Of a stretch of 64,000 bases of DNA, positions 8,207-20,010 are shown piece after piece (position 1 is the stretch's first letter; every line of letters begins with the position of its first letter). The stretch comes from Patescibacteria group bacterium (GTDB lineage Bacteria > Patescibacteriota > Microgenomatia > Daviesbacterales > UBA10151). The notes beneath the pieces were generated by a model that saw only the letters and a list, made by a program, of their open reading frames with translations, was not told where the DNA came from and searched no databases. Location of the stretch: positions 137,716-201,715 of the forward strand of contig CALRFD010000001.1 in the NCBI GenBank assembly GCA_943356485.1, given 5' to 3'. A program made the translations under genes and the position numbers.

Positions 8207-9973
8207 ATGAATAGAGAGTCACCGGAAGGATCCTTTTTAGACAAAATAAACAGAGCAGATTTAAAGAAAGTTATTACTCCAACAACCCCCTTTACCCATC
8301 TTACCACTGAGGTTTATTTGCCAGAGGCTGGACTTTGGGGTAGCGGCGGATTGGGAATTTTAAATGGGGATACAGCAGGGATTGTCAGGAGGCTTGGATT
8401 TTCATACAGGCTATTGACTCTGGCTTACGCCGAGCGCACTTCACAAGAATTAGACGGGTTTCACCAAAGAATCAATCATCAGGCAGTTGCTCCTGAGAGT
8501 CGATTGGTAATAAGAGGCAGTAGTAATATCGGCGCTAATCATGATGAGATAGATCTGGGTGTTCTTGGTTCTAGTGATTATCCGGTTGTTGGATTATATG
8601 AAAATGGTTTGAAAAGTGCCTATTGGGGCAGTAGAGATAGTGACCATAGGTTATATCAGATGGCTGTTTTGGGTTTTGGGGGATATCAAGTTCTCCATCG
8701 GGAAGGAGTTGAACCATCATTTATTAGGTTGGATGAAGCCTCCTCCTCATTGTTTGCTTTAGCTAGACTGGATGGCTATATAAAAAACATACAGGCGCGT
8801 GGTATAGAAATTACCCCGGTAATATTTAACTTTATTTTAAAAGGAGCTAGAAAATCAGTTGGGTATACTAATCACACATTAGTTCCGGCCTCAGTTTCGA
8901 CTTTTGACCAGCGTCAGGTAGAAAGTTATATTTTCCCGAATTTGCAAAGCGATCTAATAAAGGATTGGCTAATAGATATGATGAACCAAACAGGCCGGCT
9001 GGACACCAGTGTTTTGACCTCTACTTTGGCAGGGAAATATAATGGTGTGAGCCAGATGCATGCGGCAATAGCCAGCGGAAGGTTTTACCGCGTTGATGGT
9101 ACACCGGTTAATTTTTCTGCCATCACCAATGGTGTTGATATGCAAAGGTGGACTTATAAAGACCTCTACGATCTTTATAGAGATGGAATTATAGATTGCT
9201 ATGAGTTGCCGGAAGTAGGCTTTGCAGGAAAAATAGAAAATTTGCCGGTTGAAAGACTATATCAAATTAAACAAGAAGCCAAGCAAGAATTGCTGGATTT
9301 TTTGAAAGGGAGAGCAAACCAGTATGAGCAAGCGATTGATATCCCGGGTAACGCAACTGTTGTTTGTTGGGGGAAAAGGATGGCAGATTATAAAAGGCCG
9401 GAATTACTTTTGGAAGATAATGACCGACTAAAGCAGATATTAGTTGAACAGAATATGCACGTACTTATTACCGGTAAGGCGCATGAAGAAGATCATAAGA
9501 TGAGAGGTTTACTACATGATATATTAACCAGGATCAATCAGGATGAAGTACTAAAACAAAGGATGCATTTTGTAGTCGATTATGATACTGCGCTGGCTGA
9601 AAAGTTGGTTGCAGGGGTTGATATCTGGCTGAATGTGCCAGAAGTAGGTAGGGAGGCTTGCGGAACATCTATCTGGAAGGCTTTGGCAAATCTTTCCACA
9701 ATAGTCGCGACAGAAGATGGTGGAATAGCAGATATTAAACCTGCGGTCTATCTGCAGGTGCAAGGTGATAATAGATATGAAGAGGTAAAGTCAATGTATC
9801 AGCAGCTGGAAAATGCCGGCAGAATTACCAGAAACATTCAAAGCTGGGGTAGTCAGGTGAAAAGCCAACTTAGCGCATACTTACCGATTATTGCCGGTGG
9901 GAGAATGATGCAGGATTATTTAAACTTTGCCTTTCCTAGAAAGGCTTTAGCTCCAGACTCATATGCATATTGA
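8207..9973 (+). CDS. Alpha-glucan (glycogen/maltodextrin) phosphorylase, GT35 family, short form.
   Basis: EAGLWGSGGLGILNGD matches the E.GLGNGGLGRLA motif, YTNHTLVPAS matches YTNHT(V/L)LPEALE, and EACGTSIWKALAN matches the PLP-lysine motif EASGTSNMKFALNG. Start moved to the in-frame ATG at 8207; the track ORF 8045 would overlap thpR. Confidence 0.8.
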   Translation: MNRESPEGSFLDKINRADLKKVITPTTPFTHLTTEVYLPEAGLWGSGGLGILNGDTAGIVRRLGFSYRLLTLAYAERTSQELDGFHQRINHQAVAPESRLVIRGSSNIGANHDEIDLGVLGSSDYPVVGLYENGLKSAYWGSRDSDHRLYQMAVLGFGGYQVLHREGVEPSFIRLDEASSSLFALARLDGYIKNIQARGIEITPVIFNFILKGARKSVGYTNHTLVPASVSTFDQRQVESYIFPNLQSDLIKDWLIDMMNQTGRLDTSVLTSTLAGKYNGVSQMHAAIASGRFYRVDGTPVNFSAITNGVDMQRWTYKDLYDLYRDGIIDCYELPEVGFAGKIENLPVERLYQIKQEAKQELLDFLKGRANQYEQAIDIPGNATVVCWGKRMADYKRPELLLEDNDRLKQILVEQNMHVLITGKAHEEDHKMRGLLHDILTRINQDEVLKQRMHFVVDYDTALAEKLVAGVDIWLNVPEVGREACGTSIWKALANLSTIVATEDGGIADIKPAVYLQVQGDNRYEEVKSMYQQLENAGRITRNIQSWGSQVKSQLSAYLPIIAGGRMMQDYLNFAFPRKALAPDSYAY

Positions 9974-10538
9974 ACAAGAAGGAAATACCTTAGCAGGACA
10001 AGTTTGGGAGAAACATGAACTAACACAAAAAGCCTCTTTGGCCAAAGAGGCTTTAGTCAGGTTACTCTCAGAAGAAGTAGTAGATGGTTTAAGGCATTAC
10101 TTTGGAGCTCCACAGCCAGAGTCAGGAGTCTTTTTTGATAAGCAGTTTGGAAATGTTGGTATAACAATTAATCCAGGATTTAAAGTTCCCCAGTCAGAGC
10201 CGGAACTATTTTTTGGCAGACAGTTTAGCCTAGGAAATAATTCAGATTCTCACTGGGAATTTTGCCGTTCTGGCGGATTCCGCCAGGTTATATTTGAAAC
10301 AAACCAGAATACTGCTTTGGGTGACCGGAGTTTAAGGAGGTTTATGATTAGAGGTTCTCATCCTGAAAATAGATCCGGTGAGTGGGAAGTTGAATTTATA
10401 ATCGGAGGATCGGGAATTATGAAAAGAGAAAATAGAGAAGCATTAATTTTTGAGCAGGCAGACGCTTTACTAGTTTTAACTATTTTAGGTGGAATTAAGG
10501 ATCAGCTTGAAAGATTAAAGTTAAATAAAAGAAGATAA
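9963..10538 (+). CDS. Hypothetical protein (191 aa).
   Basis: ORF overlapping the phosphorylase stop by 11 bp. No motif recognised. Confidence 0.4.
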   Translation: MHIEQEGNTLAGQVWEKHELTQKASLAKEALVRLLSEEVVDGLRHYFGAPQPESGVFFDKQFGNVGITINPGFKVPQSEPELFFGRQFSLGNNSDSHWEFCRSGGFRQVIFETNQNTALGDRSLRRFMIRGSHPENRSGEWEVEFIIGGSGIMKRENREALIFEQADALLVLTILGGIKDQLERLKLNKRR

Positions 10539-10559
10539 AGAGCAAGCGAAAGATTAAAT

Positions 10560-10588
10560 TTGACAGAAGATTACATTTTTAGTAAGAT
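10560..10588 (+). promoter_or_regulatory. Sigma70-like promoter TTGACA-17-TAAGAT driving a ~270-nt leader before the PLP enzyme gene.
   Basis: TTGACA at 10560-10565 and TAAGAT at 10583-10588, spacer 17. Confidence 0.5.
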
Positions 10589-10595
10589 TATTTTT

Positions 10596-10865
10596 ATAAT
10601 TAAATATTAATCAAGAGTGATGGCCTCTTTCGCTAAAGCTTCAAAGGCTAAAGGGAGAGATAGAGATTTGGCTCGAAATCATCCAGCAACCCTTCGACTC
10701 GCTGATACTCGCTCAGGGCTATAGCCCTTTGTAAGTTTAGGCAAAGTCGGGATCGGGTGCTACACCCAAACCTTTACCTCGCCTTTGGCGGGCGAAAGGG
10801 AGGATTAGTCCTGAGCGAAGTCGAAGGAAAAAACATGTAACCTCTCTTTCAAGAGAGGTTTTTTA
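10596..10865 (+). promoter_or_regulatory. Structured 5' leader (candidate riboswitch or attenuator, class unassigned). An 18-bp long-range helix encloses several GC hairpins and is followed by a terminator hairpin that also sequesters the SD.
   Basis: CCTTCGACTCGC...CGCTCAGG (10691-10717) pairs with CCTGAGCGAAGTCGAAGG (10810-10827). Internal hairpins are GGGCtataGCCC, GGGTGctaCACCC and CGCCtttGGCG. Terminator CCTCTCTTtcaaGAGAGG + TTTTTT lies at 10841-10864, 1 nt before the ATG at 10866. The region is GC-rich in an AT-rich genome. Confidence 0.5.
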
Positions 10866-12023
10866 ATGGCTATAGAAACAAAAACAAATGTACCATCATT
10901 CATAGATTTAGAAGATGTGCTTGCAGCGCAAGAAGCTAAGAGAAATCACCAAGCCCGGGATTTATATCCCAGAGATGGCAGCCTGGGTCTGTTTTCCTTA
11001 GAGGAGGAAATAGCTACGTATCTATCAGTAAGACGGGGATCGCTACTGCTTTATAATACCGGAATGTCGGCAGTAGTAGATGCGCTTGAGGTAAATAATC
11101 CTACTTTCGGCACAAAAATTGTCAGAGGTGCGCAGCAATACAGTCAGGCAGGCGGCTATATTTCTCAAGATTTAAAACAAAGAGGCGCTAAATCATATTT
11201 AGTTGATGCAGGATCAATTGAAGATCTAGACCATGTTTTAATAAAACATGAACCTGACATAGTATTTTTAGAGACAGTGACAAACGGATCTGAAATGGCG
11301 GTTTTGGATGTAGAACAATTTTTAAAACTGGATTCTTTGGCACGGATCAATCCGGTGATTATCTTAGACCATACCTTACCAACATCTTCTGGAAAACGAT
11401 TATCAGAGATTATTGAAGCCTCGCAAAGAAGAGTTATCGGTGTAGAGAGCGGAACTAAGTTTATCGGTATGAATACGGAAATGAGCGGGATTGCTTATAC
11501 AAATAATGATGAATTGCTGACAAGATTAAAACAAAGACGGCAGAGAACAGGTTCTTTACTCAGTAGCTCTGCCGCTGAAACGATCCAAAGAGTAATGCCT
11601 AGGAATGTTGATGAATATAATAAAAGGAACATTCGTATTTTAAGAAATACATCCAGGTTAGCACAGGCTTGTTACAGTGCAGAGTCAGGGCAGTCAGGTT
11701 TTATTGTTACATATCCAAACCTACCTTCTCATCCTCAGTTTGAGTATGTTAAAACTGCTTATCCAGACGGAGCTGCGCCGGTATTTTTTATCCAGCTTAC
11801 CAATTTTGCTGAAAATGGTCACCATGAATTAACCAGGGCATTGTGGAGGAATGACACCATAAGATTAATGTGTGAGCTGGGGCAAAGTTTCGGGTTTGAT
11901 AAATCTAGAATTTGGCCGGATGATCACGCTCCGGTAGTAAGGGTTAGTGGCGGAACTTATTTGCCCAAAGAAGAGATAGAGTTGGAGAGAGCCTTTTACC
12001 TTGTTTTATCCTCTTTAAAATAA
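10866..12023 (+). CDS. Cys/Met-metabolism PLP-dependent enzyme (cystathionine gamma-synthase / beta-lyase / O-acylhomoserine sulfhydrylase family).
   Basis: NNPTFGT (cf. Y.R..NPT), FLETVTNGS (cf. ETPTNP) and VESGTKFIGM (PLP lysine in the S.TK motif). Length 385 aa. Confidence 0.7.
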   Translation: MAIETKTNVPSFIDLEDVLAAQEAKRNHQARDLYPRDGSLGLFSLEEEIATYLSVRRGSLLLYNTGMSAVVDALEVNNPTFGTKIVRGAQQYSQAGGYISQDLKQRGAKSYLVDAGSIEDLDHVLIKHEPDIVFLETVTNGSEMAVLDVEQFLKLDSLARINPVIILDHTLPTSSGKRLSEIIEASQRRVIGVESGTKFIGMNTEMSGIAYTNNDELLTRLKQRRQRTGSLLSSSAAETIQRVMPRNVDEYNKRNIRILRNTSRLAQACYSAESGQSGFIVTYPNLPSHPQFEYVKTAYPDGAAPVFFIQLTNFAENGHHELTRALWRNDTIRLMCELGQSFGFDKSRIWPDDHAPVVRVSGGTYLPKEEIELERAFYLVLSSLK

Positions 12024-12032
12024 GGAGAAGTT

Positions 12033-14373
<2,341 letters not shown>

Positions 14374-14415
14374 TAAGTATTACTTATACCAAGTAAAGAT
14401 GTCTTTTGCCAAGGG

Positions 14416-17400
14416 TTAAATTGGGGAAGGGGTGGGAATCTCTGTTAAATCAATGCCTCGTGATTTAGCTCTTTCGACTACTTGTTGACCATACTCAGGT
14501 CGATCGACTCTTTTATATCTATCAACTGCTTCTTGATAAGCTTGTCTAGCTTTATCCGGATCTCCCCTTTGTATATAAAGCTCTGCGAGAGCAACATGAC
14601 TGCTGATTGGAAAGTATGGGTCATGTTCTTGACCATCTTCAAACGTCTGGATTGCCTCTTTAATTTGTCCGTTACCTTGATAAAGTCTTGCTAACTGGTA
14701 AGAAGAAACATAATAAGCATCTGGCTCCGAAGTTTTCAATCCCGCATAGATACCAATAAGCTCTGCGCGAATTTGTTTTGCTTTTTCAGTATCTCCACTT
14801 TTTTCGTAGAGCTCACAAATTCTGTAGTAATCAGTTTTCAAATAGCGATTATCACGATCTTTTACCTGTTCTAATAAGGATATTGCCTCATTTATTTTCC
14901 CACTTTTTTCATAAATATCTACCAATTTGAATACATTCGCTGTTCCATATTCTCTTGTCCAAAAACTTTTATCAGTTTCCTCTCCCTGAAGCATAACATT
15001 GTTTGCTTGATCTGCTTGTCCAGCTTTTTCATAAATAGAAGCGAGTTGAACATACCCACCACTTGCCACTTCGGGATTATAGAATTTAGGATCTTTAGTT
15101 TCTGCTTCAAGACTAGTATCAATTGCCTCTGGTAATTTACCAGCTTCTGCGTAAAGATTAACAAGTTGAGAATAAGCTCCAGTGTAGGAAGCCTCCCAGA
15201 ATTTTTGACTTTTAGCCTTTGCTTTCTCACATATTGCAATAGCTTTATCAACTTGATTATTTCTGGCATATAAACTAGCTAATTGCCCATAAACAGGGCC
15301 ATAATTTCGATTCCAAAACAACTCAGGATTAGCTACAGCCACTTCTTCATATAAACTAATTGTTTTTTCATCTTCGCCTCTATAAACTCGAGCTAAAGTA
15401 GTAATATTATTATCTTCTTGGAAAAATATTTCAGGAGAACCAATTCTTACTTCTTCTAACATAGCCACTGCTTGGATTGGATCTTTTTGCTCACCATTTA
15501 AATATAATCCTGAAGCATACTGATAAACGCTTTTAGCGTAAAATCTTTTTTCTTTAGTCTTTATTTCATTGGCAAATTCAACCGCTTTATTTAAAACAGT
15601 AGGATCTTTTTTGCTCTGTTCCAAATAAAGCTCCATCAGTTTCTGGAAAGGAGGAGAATAGTCGGCTGCATCCCAAAATTGTGTTTCTTGAACTTTGCTA
15701 AACTGTTCATATACCTCTATCTTTTTCTCTGTTTGATCATCGTATGATGAAACTATCTCCCATACATTTGATGATTCTGAATAAAAAAGTGTAGGATTTT
15801 CGTTTAGTGCTTGCTCCATTAAAGACAAAGCACGTGCTCTATCTTGTTCAGCCACCTCTCCTGTTTTATTATCTGCTTGATACCTAATGTGTCTTGCTAG
15901 ATCATGAATCTTTTTATAATAGGCCTGTGGATTTTTTGCCTTCGTTTCTTCAAAGATTTGTAAAGCTCTATCAACTTCTCTTTCATATGCATACATTAAA
16001 GCATGGTCAGTACTCATACCTTCCCAATAAAGAGTTGGCCGCTCTTTTTTAGTTCTCTCTAGAAAGGCTAACCCCTCTTCTCTTGGCAATAAACTTGCAT
16101 ATCCGGTATATGCTCTAGTATCGTATGGGCTCATTTCGAGATGTTTTCTAAATAGATAAATACCGACATCTTTATATGCAGCGTTGATAAATTGAGCAGT
16201 ATTATTAGTGAACGAAGAATTAATAAAAAGATAACCATCTTTGTCAGGAGCAGTTATTAAGTGAGGATAGGGAATATTTGCTCTCCATATTTCTTGTTGT
16301 CCTGTATAAGGATTGATTCTAATAATTAAACGTGGAGTTTCTTTTATCTCTTGTAGCTGTTGTGGGTTTGTGATTACTTGAGAGATATTTTCAGTCATAT
16401 ACATAAGAATACGGGCATCTGTAGGGATAAATCGGGAATTAGCTGTAGCTAACTTAGTGTATTTCAATGCAGATTCAACTTCTGGGTCTTTAATGCCAGG
16501 ATTATTTTTTCTAATACGTTCAACCAACTCATCATCAGTTTTATCCTCTAAACCATATCTATTTCCAAAATTTGCATCAATAACTAACTTATTTCCACTA
16601 GGGAGATCACCTTCAAAGCAAACATGACCCTCGGTTCTATTATCCAAGATTTCTTTAACAGAATTTGCCCGTGCATTTACACCTAAATATTTTGATATTG
16701 CCAAAAGCACATTGACTTTACCTGCACAAATAGCATCTTCGTTTTCAAGCACCTCTGTTAAATTGGTGGAACCTTGATGAGGAAAAATACGATCTACCTT
16801 ATTAGCTATAGGAACAAAGAGGGCTTGCATTTGTCTATCTAAATTAGCAAGCCTATCTTTCTTTTCATCTTCACTTAAATCTGAAGCTCGTATTTCTTGA
16901 GCTTGTTGCTGTAAAGTAGAAACTCTTGATTTTGTGCCAACAAGATCTATAGCTTCATCTGTATCAGTCTCTCTATTAAAAGAGCTTTCAATTGCTGGCC
17001 GACACCTTTCTTTAAACTGACCCTCTAATTCCTGGATTTTTTGTTTCTTATCGTCATCTGATAATGAGGAGTTACTGACTTGAGCAATTTCGTCTCTAAG
17101 TTTATTGAAATCTTCGGCAAGACCATCCCTTTCGATTATTTGTGTATATGCAGGGTCTGCTTCTCTTCCCTCTAAACAGGCAGTCAGTTTTCTAAATTTG
17201 CCATTAAGACCAAGCGGGCGTTGCACTCTATCCAACACTCTTACTGCATTGAGGGTAAATGCTGTTTCTAAATATTCATCTATTAAATTATCAGCTAGCG
17301 TTGCTCCTTGGCGAGGTTCTAAGTGAGAAGAAATAAGCCTTACTGCTCTTGGTTCTTGAATCAATTTACCAAGTCTTTGAGCGTAACTCTCATGAGTAGA

Positions 17401-18000
17401 AGAAGTAGGATGCCCATCAGCTCCTCTAACAGTTTTTGTAGTGGGGTTATTTAACCTTACTATGTTGTTTTCTAACAAGTCTTGATAGTAAGTTCTTTCA
17501 GCATCATTACTACAAAGGCTTTGAGCAATTTCGTCTACAGTATGTTCCCATGCATCGATCTTAACTCCAAGTTCAGCAACTTCATTAGTAGGTTCGTGGC
17601 CTAATACACTACTAAAAACTCTAGCTTTGGCAGTGATCTCAGCTAATTTATCAAGTAATTTAGGGTTGTTTCCTAAAAGTTCTTGGACAAAGTGGTCTTG
17701 GTTAGCTACTACCCTTTGCTCAGGTGCAAGCCTAGAAGAATCAGTCATAATACCTTGAGAAGCTTGTTCAAATAAAGAGTGACGTAGTTGTGATGTTAAT
17801 TCTGTAATGCCCAATAAACTAGCAGCTTTAGTTTGTGTTTCAGGGGATAATTTTAAGGTATCATCTTCTGCTATTTTAACCCCTCCCTGTTCTCGAAGGG
17901 TATAGGTCATGCCAAGCGCAGATTTAGCAAATCTGTCCTGTGCAGTCCCACTTATTGATTTTGCAAACTCTTCTGATCCGCCTTCTGTATGTTCTGCCAT
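14416..18000 (-). CDS. Large (1194 aa) protein with a transglutaminase-like Cys-His-Asp core and a C-terminal array of TPR repeats.
   Basis: ICAGKVNVLLAISKYLGVNARA...GHVCFEGDL...LVIDANFG matches the transglutaminase-like C/H/D spacing. The C-terminal ~500 aa consist of repeated W/Y-rich 34-aa units (YYRICELYEKSGDTEKA, YQLARLYQGNGQIKEA). Confidence 0.6.
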   Translation of the reverse strand: MAEHTEGGSEEFAKSISGTAQDRFAKSALGMTYTLREQGGVKIAEDDTLKLSPETQTKAASLLGITELTSQLRHSLFEQASQGIMTDSSRLAPEQRVVANQDHFVQELLGNNPKLLDKLAEITAKARVFSSVLGHEPTNEVAELGVKIDAWEHTVDEIAQSLCSNDAERTYYQDLLENNIVRLNNPTTKTVRGADGHPTSSTHESYAQRLGKLIQEPRAVRLISSHLEPRQGATLADNLIDEYLETAFTLNAVRVLDRVQRPLGLNGKFRKLTACLEGREADPAYTQIIERDGLAEDFNKLRDEIAQVSNSSLSDDDKKQKIQELEGQFKERCRPAIESSFNRETDTDEAIDLVGTKSRVSTLQQQAQEIRASDLSEDEKKDRLANLDRQMQALFVPIANKVDRIFPHQGSTNLTEVLENEDAICAGKVNVLLAISKYLGVNARANSVKEILDNRTEGHVCFEGDLPSGNKLVIDANFGNRYGLEDKTDDELVERIRKNNPGIKDPEVESALKYTKLATANSRFIPTDARILMYMTENISQVITNPQQLQEIKETPRLIIRINPYTGQQEIWRANIPYPHLITAPDKDGYLFINSSFTNNTAQFINAAYKDVGIYLFRKHLEMSPYDTRAYTGYASLLPREEGLAFLERTKKERPTLYWEGMSTDHALMYAYEREVDRALQIFEETKAKNPQAYYKKIHDLARHIRYQADNKTGEVAEQDRARALSLMEQALNENPTLFYSESSNVWEIVSSYDDQTEKKIEVYEQFSKVQETQFWDAADYSPPFQKLMELYLEQSKKDPTVLNKAVEFANEIKTKEKRFYAKSVYQYASGLYLNGEQKDPIQAVAMLEEVRIGSPEIFFQEDNNITTLARVYRGEDEKTISLYEEVAVANPELFWNRNYGPVYGQLASLYARNNQVDKAIAICEKAKAKSQKFWEASYTGAYSQLVNLYAEAGKLPEAIDTSLEAETKDPKFYNPEVASGGYVQLASIYEKAGQADQANNVMLQGEETDKSFWTREYGTANVFKLVDIYEKSGKINEAISLLEQVKDRDNRYLKTDYYRICELYEKSGDTEKAKQIRAELIGIYAGLKTSEPDAYYVSSYQLARLYQGNGQIKEAIQTFEDGQEHDPYFPISSHVALAELYIQRGDPDKARQAYQEAVDRYKRVDRPEYGQQVVERAKSRGIDLTEIPTPSPI

Positions 18001-18210
18001 GCTGTATCAGTGTATCAAAAAGACATTATTATCCCAAAATATTTTACTTTTTATGAAAGCAATATAAGGTTTTAACTCGCAGGATGAAGCAGTTGATACT
18101 TATTAAGGAATATAATTTAACCTAAGGATAGGCATGGATAAATTCCCTTCAAGCTTTTGGCCTGCTAGGCCAAAGCGCTTCAGGATTCTACTACAGCTGA
18201 TATAATCAGG

Positions 18211-18777
18211 GTGATGAAGATAGTTTTGATCAGACATTCAAAATCTCTGGTTAATCCAGATATTTCCATAACCAGCTGGGGACTATCTGCAGAAGGTATG
18301 ATACTTGCCAAAAAGTTAAATTCTCTCCCGCAGATTAAAACGATCCAGGTAGTTTATTCAAGTTTACAACCTAAAGCACTGGAGACGGCAGTTTTGGCCA
18401 CCAAAAACCTGGATATTCCCATAAAAACGGATGATGGGCTGACTGAATCCACCTCTTTTACAAATAAGTTTGTCAGTTTAAAAGAACTTGAAGAAAATAC
18501 CAGGAAATATTATGCAGAAAAAACTTGCAGTATTAACGGCGGTGAAACTTTTAAAGAGGCGCAGGAGCGTTTCGCAAAAGCTCTAGAAGATATTGTCAAA
18601 AAAGAACAGGGTAAGGAAAATATTGGCATTGTTTCCCATGGAAATATTCTGGCCGGATTTGTCAGTCAAATGACTTCTGAGGATCCACTTGAGATTGTGC
18701 AAAAAATACGTCAACCGGATGTGGCTGTGTTTGATTGGGAGACAAAACAGTTTGTTAGGGGGTTTGGGGAGGTATAG
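18211..18777 (+). CDS. Histidine phosphatase superfamily protein (phosphoglycerate mutase/SixA-like).
   Basis: N-terminal LIRHSKS (RHG-type catalytic His) and IVSHGNIL near the C-terminus. Confidence 0.6.
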   Translation: MMKIVLIRHSKSLVNPDISITSWGLSAEGMILAKKLNSLPQIKTIQVVYSSLQPKALETAVLATKNLDIPIKTDDGLTESTSFTNKFVSLKELEENTRKYYAEKTCSINGGETFKEAQERFAKALEDIVKKEQGKENIGIVSHGNILAGFVSQMTSEDPLEIVQKIRQPDVAVFDWETKQFVRGFGEV

Positions 18778-18840
18778 AGATGGTTCAAAAAAGGAGAGGT
18801 GCGAAGCTAATCCAAATGGAAGGTGGCAGCTTTAAGAGAA

Positions 18841-19782
18841 TTATTTCTTAAGAGATTCAATAAATTTTTCTAAGTCAATTTTATCAATCCTAATAAATTT
18901 TCCTCCAAGTTTAACTGCTTTTAAATCTCCACGCCTTACATACCTTCTCACACTCTCTGGATCAACCTGCAAAAGCTTTGCTACCTCATCTGTTGTGTAA
19001 AAACGTTGATCCAAAGCTGGCTCTTCTGCACTTACTCTTCCTGGCTCAACTGTCTCAAGATAAATATCCAAAGATCTATCTACTGCTTCAAGCATTAAAT
19101 CATAATAATCAACTAGATCATTTTTTGTCTGGCCTTTTTCTAGGGAGTTAATATATTCACTGCGATCTTCTTTGCGAATGATAGCTGAAGGGAAACCAGC
19201 TTGCATCAGAAGTAAATTTAGTAATAATCGTGCAGTTCTCCCATTGCCATCAACAAAAGGATGAATACTAACTAATTTATAATGAGCATCGATAGCAATT
19301 TTAACAGGATGATCAGAATTATCACTTTGTAACCAGGCAATAAATTCATCCATTAATTCCGGTACTTTTAGAGGATTAGGTAAAATTGTTTCTGAACCTC
19401 GTAGACGCACGGCCACGGTTCGGTATCTGCCTTTGTTTATATCATCAATTTTATTTAAGATAATGCTATGGATATCCAAGATATCTTTTGCAGTTAATTC
19501 TTGTCTTTTTTTGTTAACGAGGGTTTGAATATAGTCAAAAGCTTTTGCATGATTAATTGCTTCTTGATGCTCTGTTAAGCTTTTACCTTTAACAGTAATA
19601 CCTTCTTCCACCACCATGGCTGTTTCTTGGCGTGTTAAAGTATTGCCTTCTATAGCATTTGAGGTATAGGTTAGTTCTATCCGGAACCATTCTTCGAGGT
19701 TTTTAATAAGCTCATTTTGGAGTGGTTTGTAGCTATCTAGGTGTTGTTTTTTAGCTTGTAACTTAAGTAATTTATTATCCAT
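18841..19782 (-). CDS. Fic-family protein (AMPylase/phosphocholine-transferase fold) with a C-terminal excisionase/MerR-type HTH.
   Basis: Fic motif HPFVDGNGRTARLL. The C-terminus YTTDEVAKLLQVDPESVRRYVRRGDLKAVKLGGKFIRIDKIDLEKF resembles excisionase-family DNA-binding HTH. Confidence 0.85.
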   Translation of the reverse strand: MDNKLLKLQAKKQHLDSYKPLQNELIKNLEEWFRIELTYTSNAIEGNTLTRQETAMVVEEGITVKGKSLTEHQEAINHAKAFDYIQTLVNKKRQELTAKDILDIHSIILNKIDDINKGRYRTVAVRLRGSETILPNPLKVPELMDEFIAWLQSDNSDHPVKIAIDAHYKLVSIHPFVDGNGRTARLLLNLLLMQAGFPSAIIRKEDRSEYINSLEKGQTKNDLVDYYDLMLEAVDRSLDIYLETVEPGRVSAEEPALDQRFYTTDEVAKLLQVDPESVRRYVRRGDLKAVKLGGKFIRIDKIDLEKFIESLKK

Positions 19783-20010
19783 ACAAGGCTATTTTATACT
19801 ACACAAAGCAATAAGTCAATAGCCATATGTATTATAGAGTAGTATTAATTGTCTAATCGTTCTTATACACCATAGGCGAAAAATAGGCGATTTGTAGTCG
19901 ATTGTCAATGACGATACTTAGTCTAATGGTCATTATGTTCTGGATGATTACAGAATAATTCTTCACCTGTTTGCTTTTTCTGCAAGATTTCCGAAACAAC
20001 TAAACTCGGT

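Noticed and set aside
10596-10865. Assigning the leader to the SAM-I (S-box) class because of ATCAAGAG at 10612
   Set aside because: The downstream GAGGGA/GGCCC/GCAACC/GGUGC-AAUUCC blocks of SAM-I are not present in the right order. It also does not fit my recollection of the SAH, SAM-II, T-box or cobalamin consensus. Left as unassigned structured leader.
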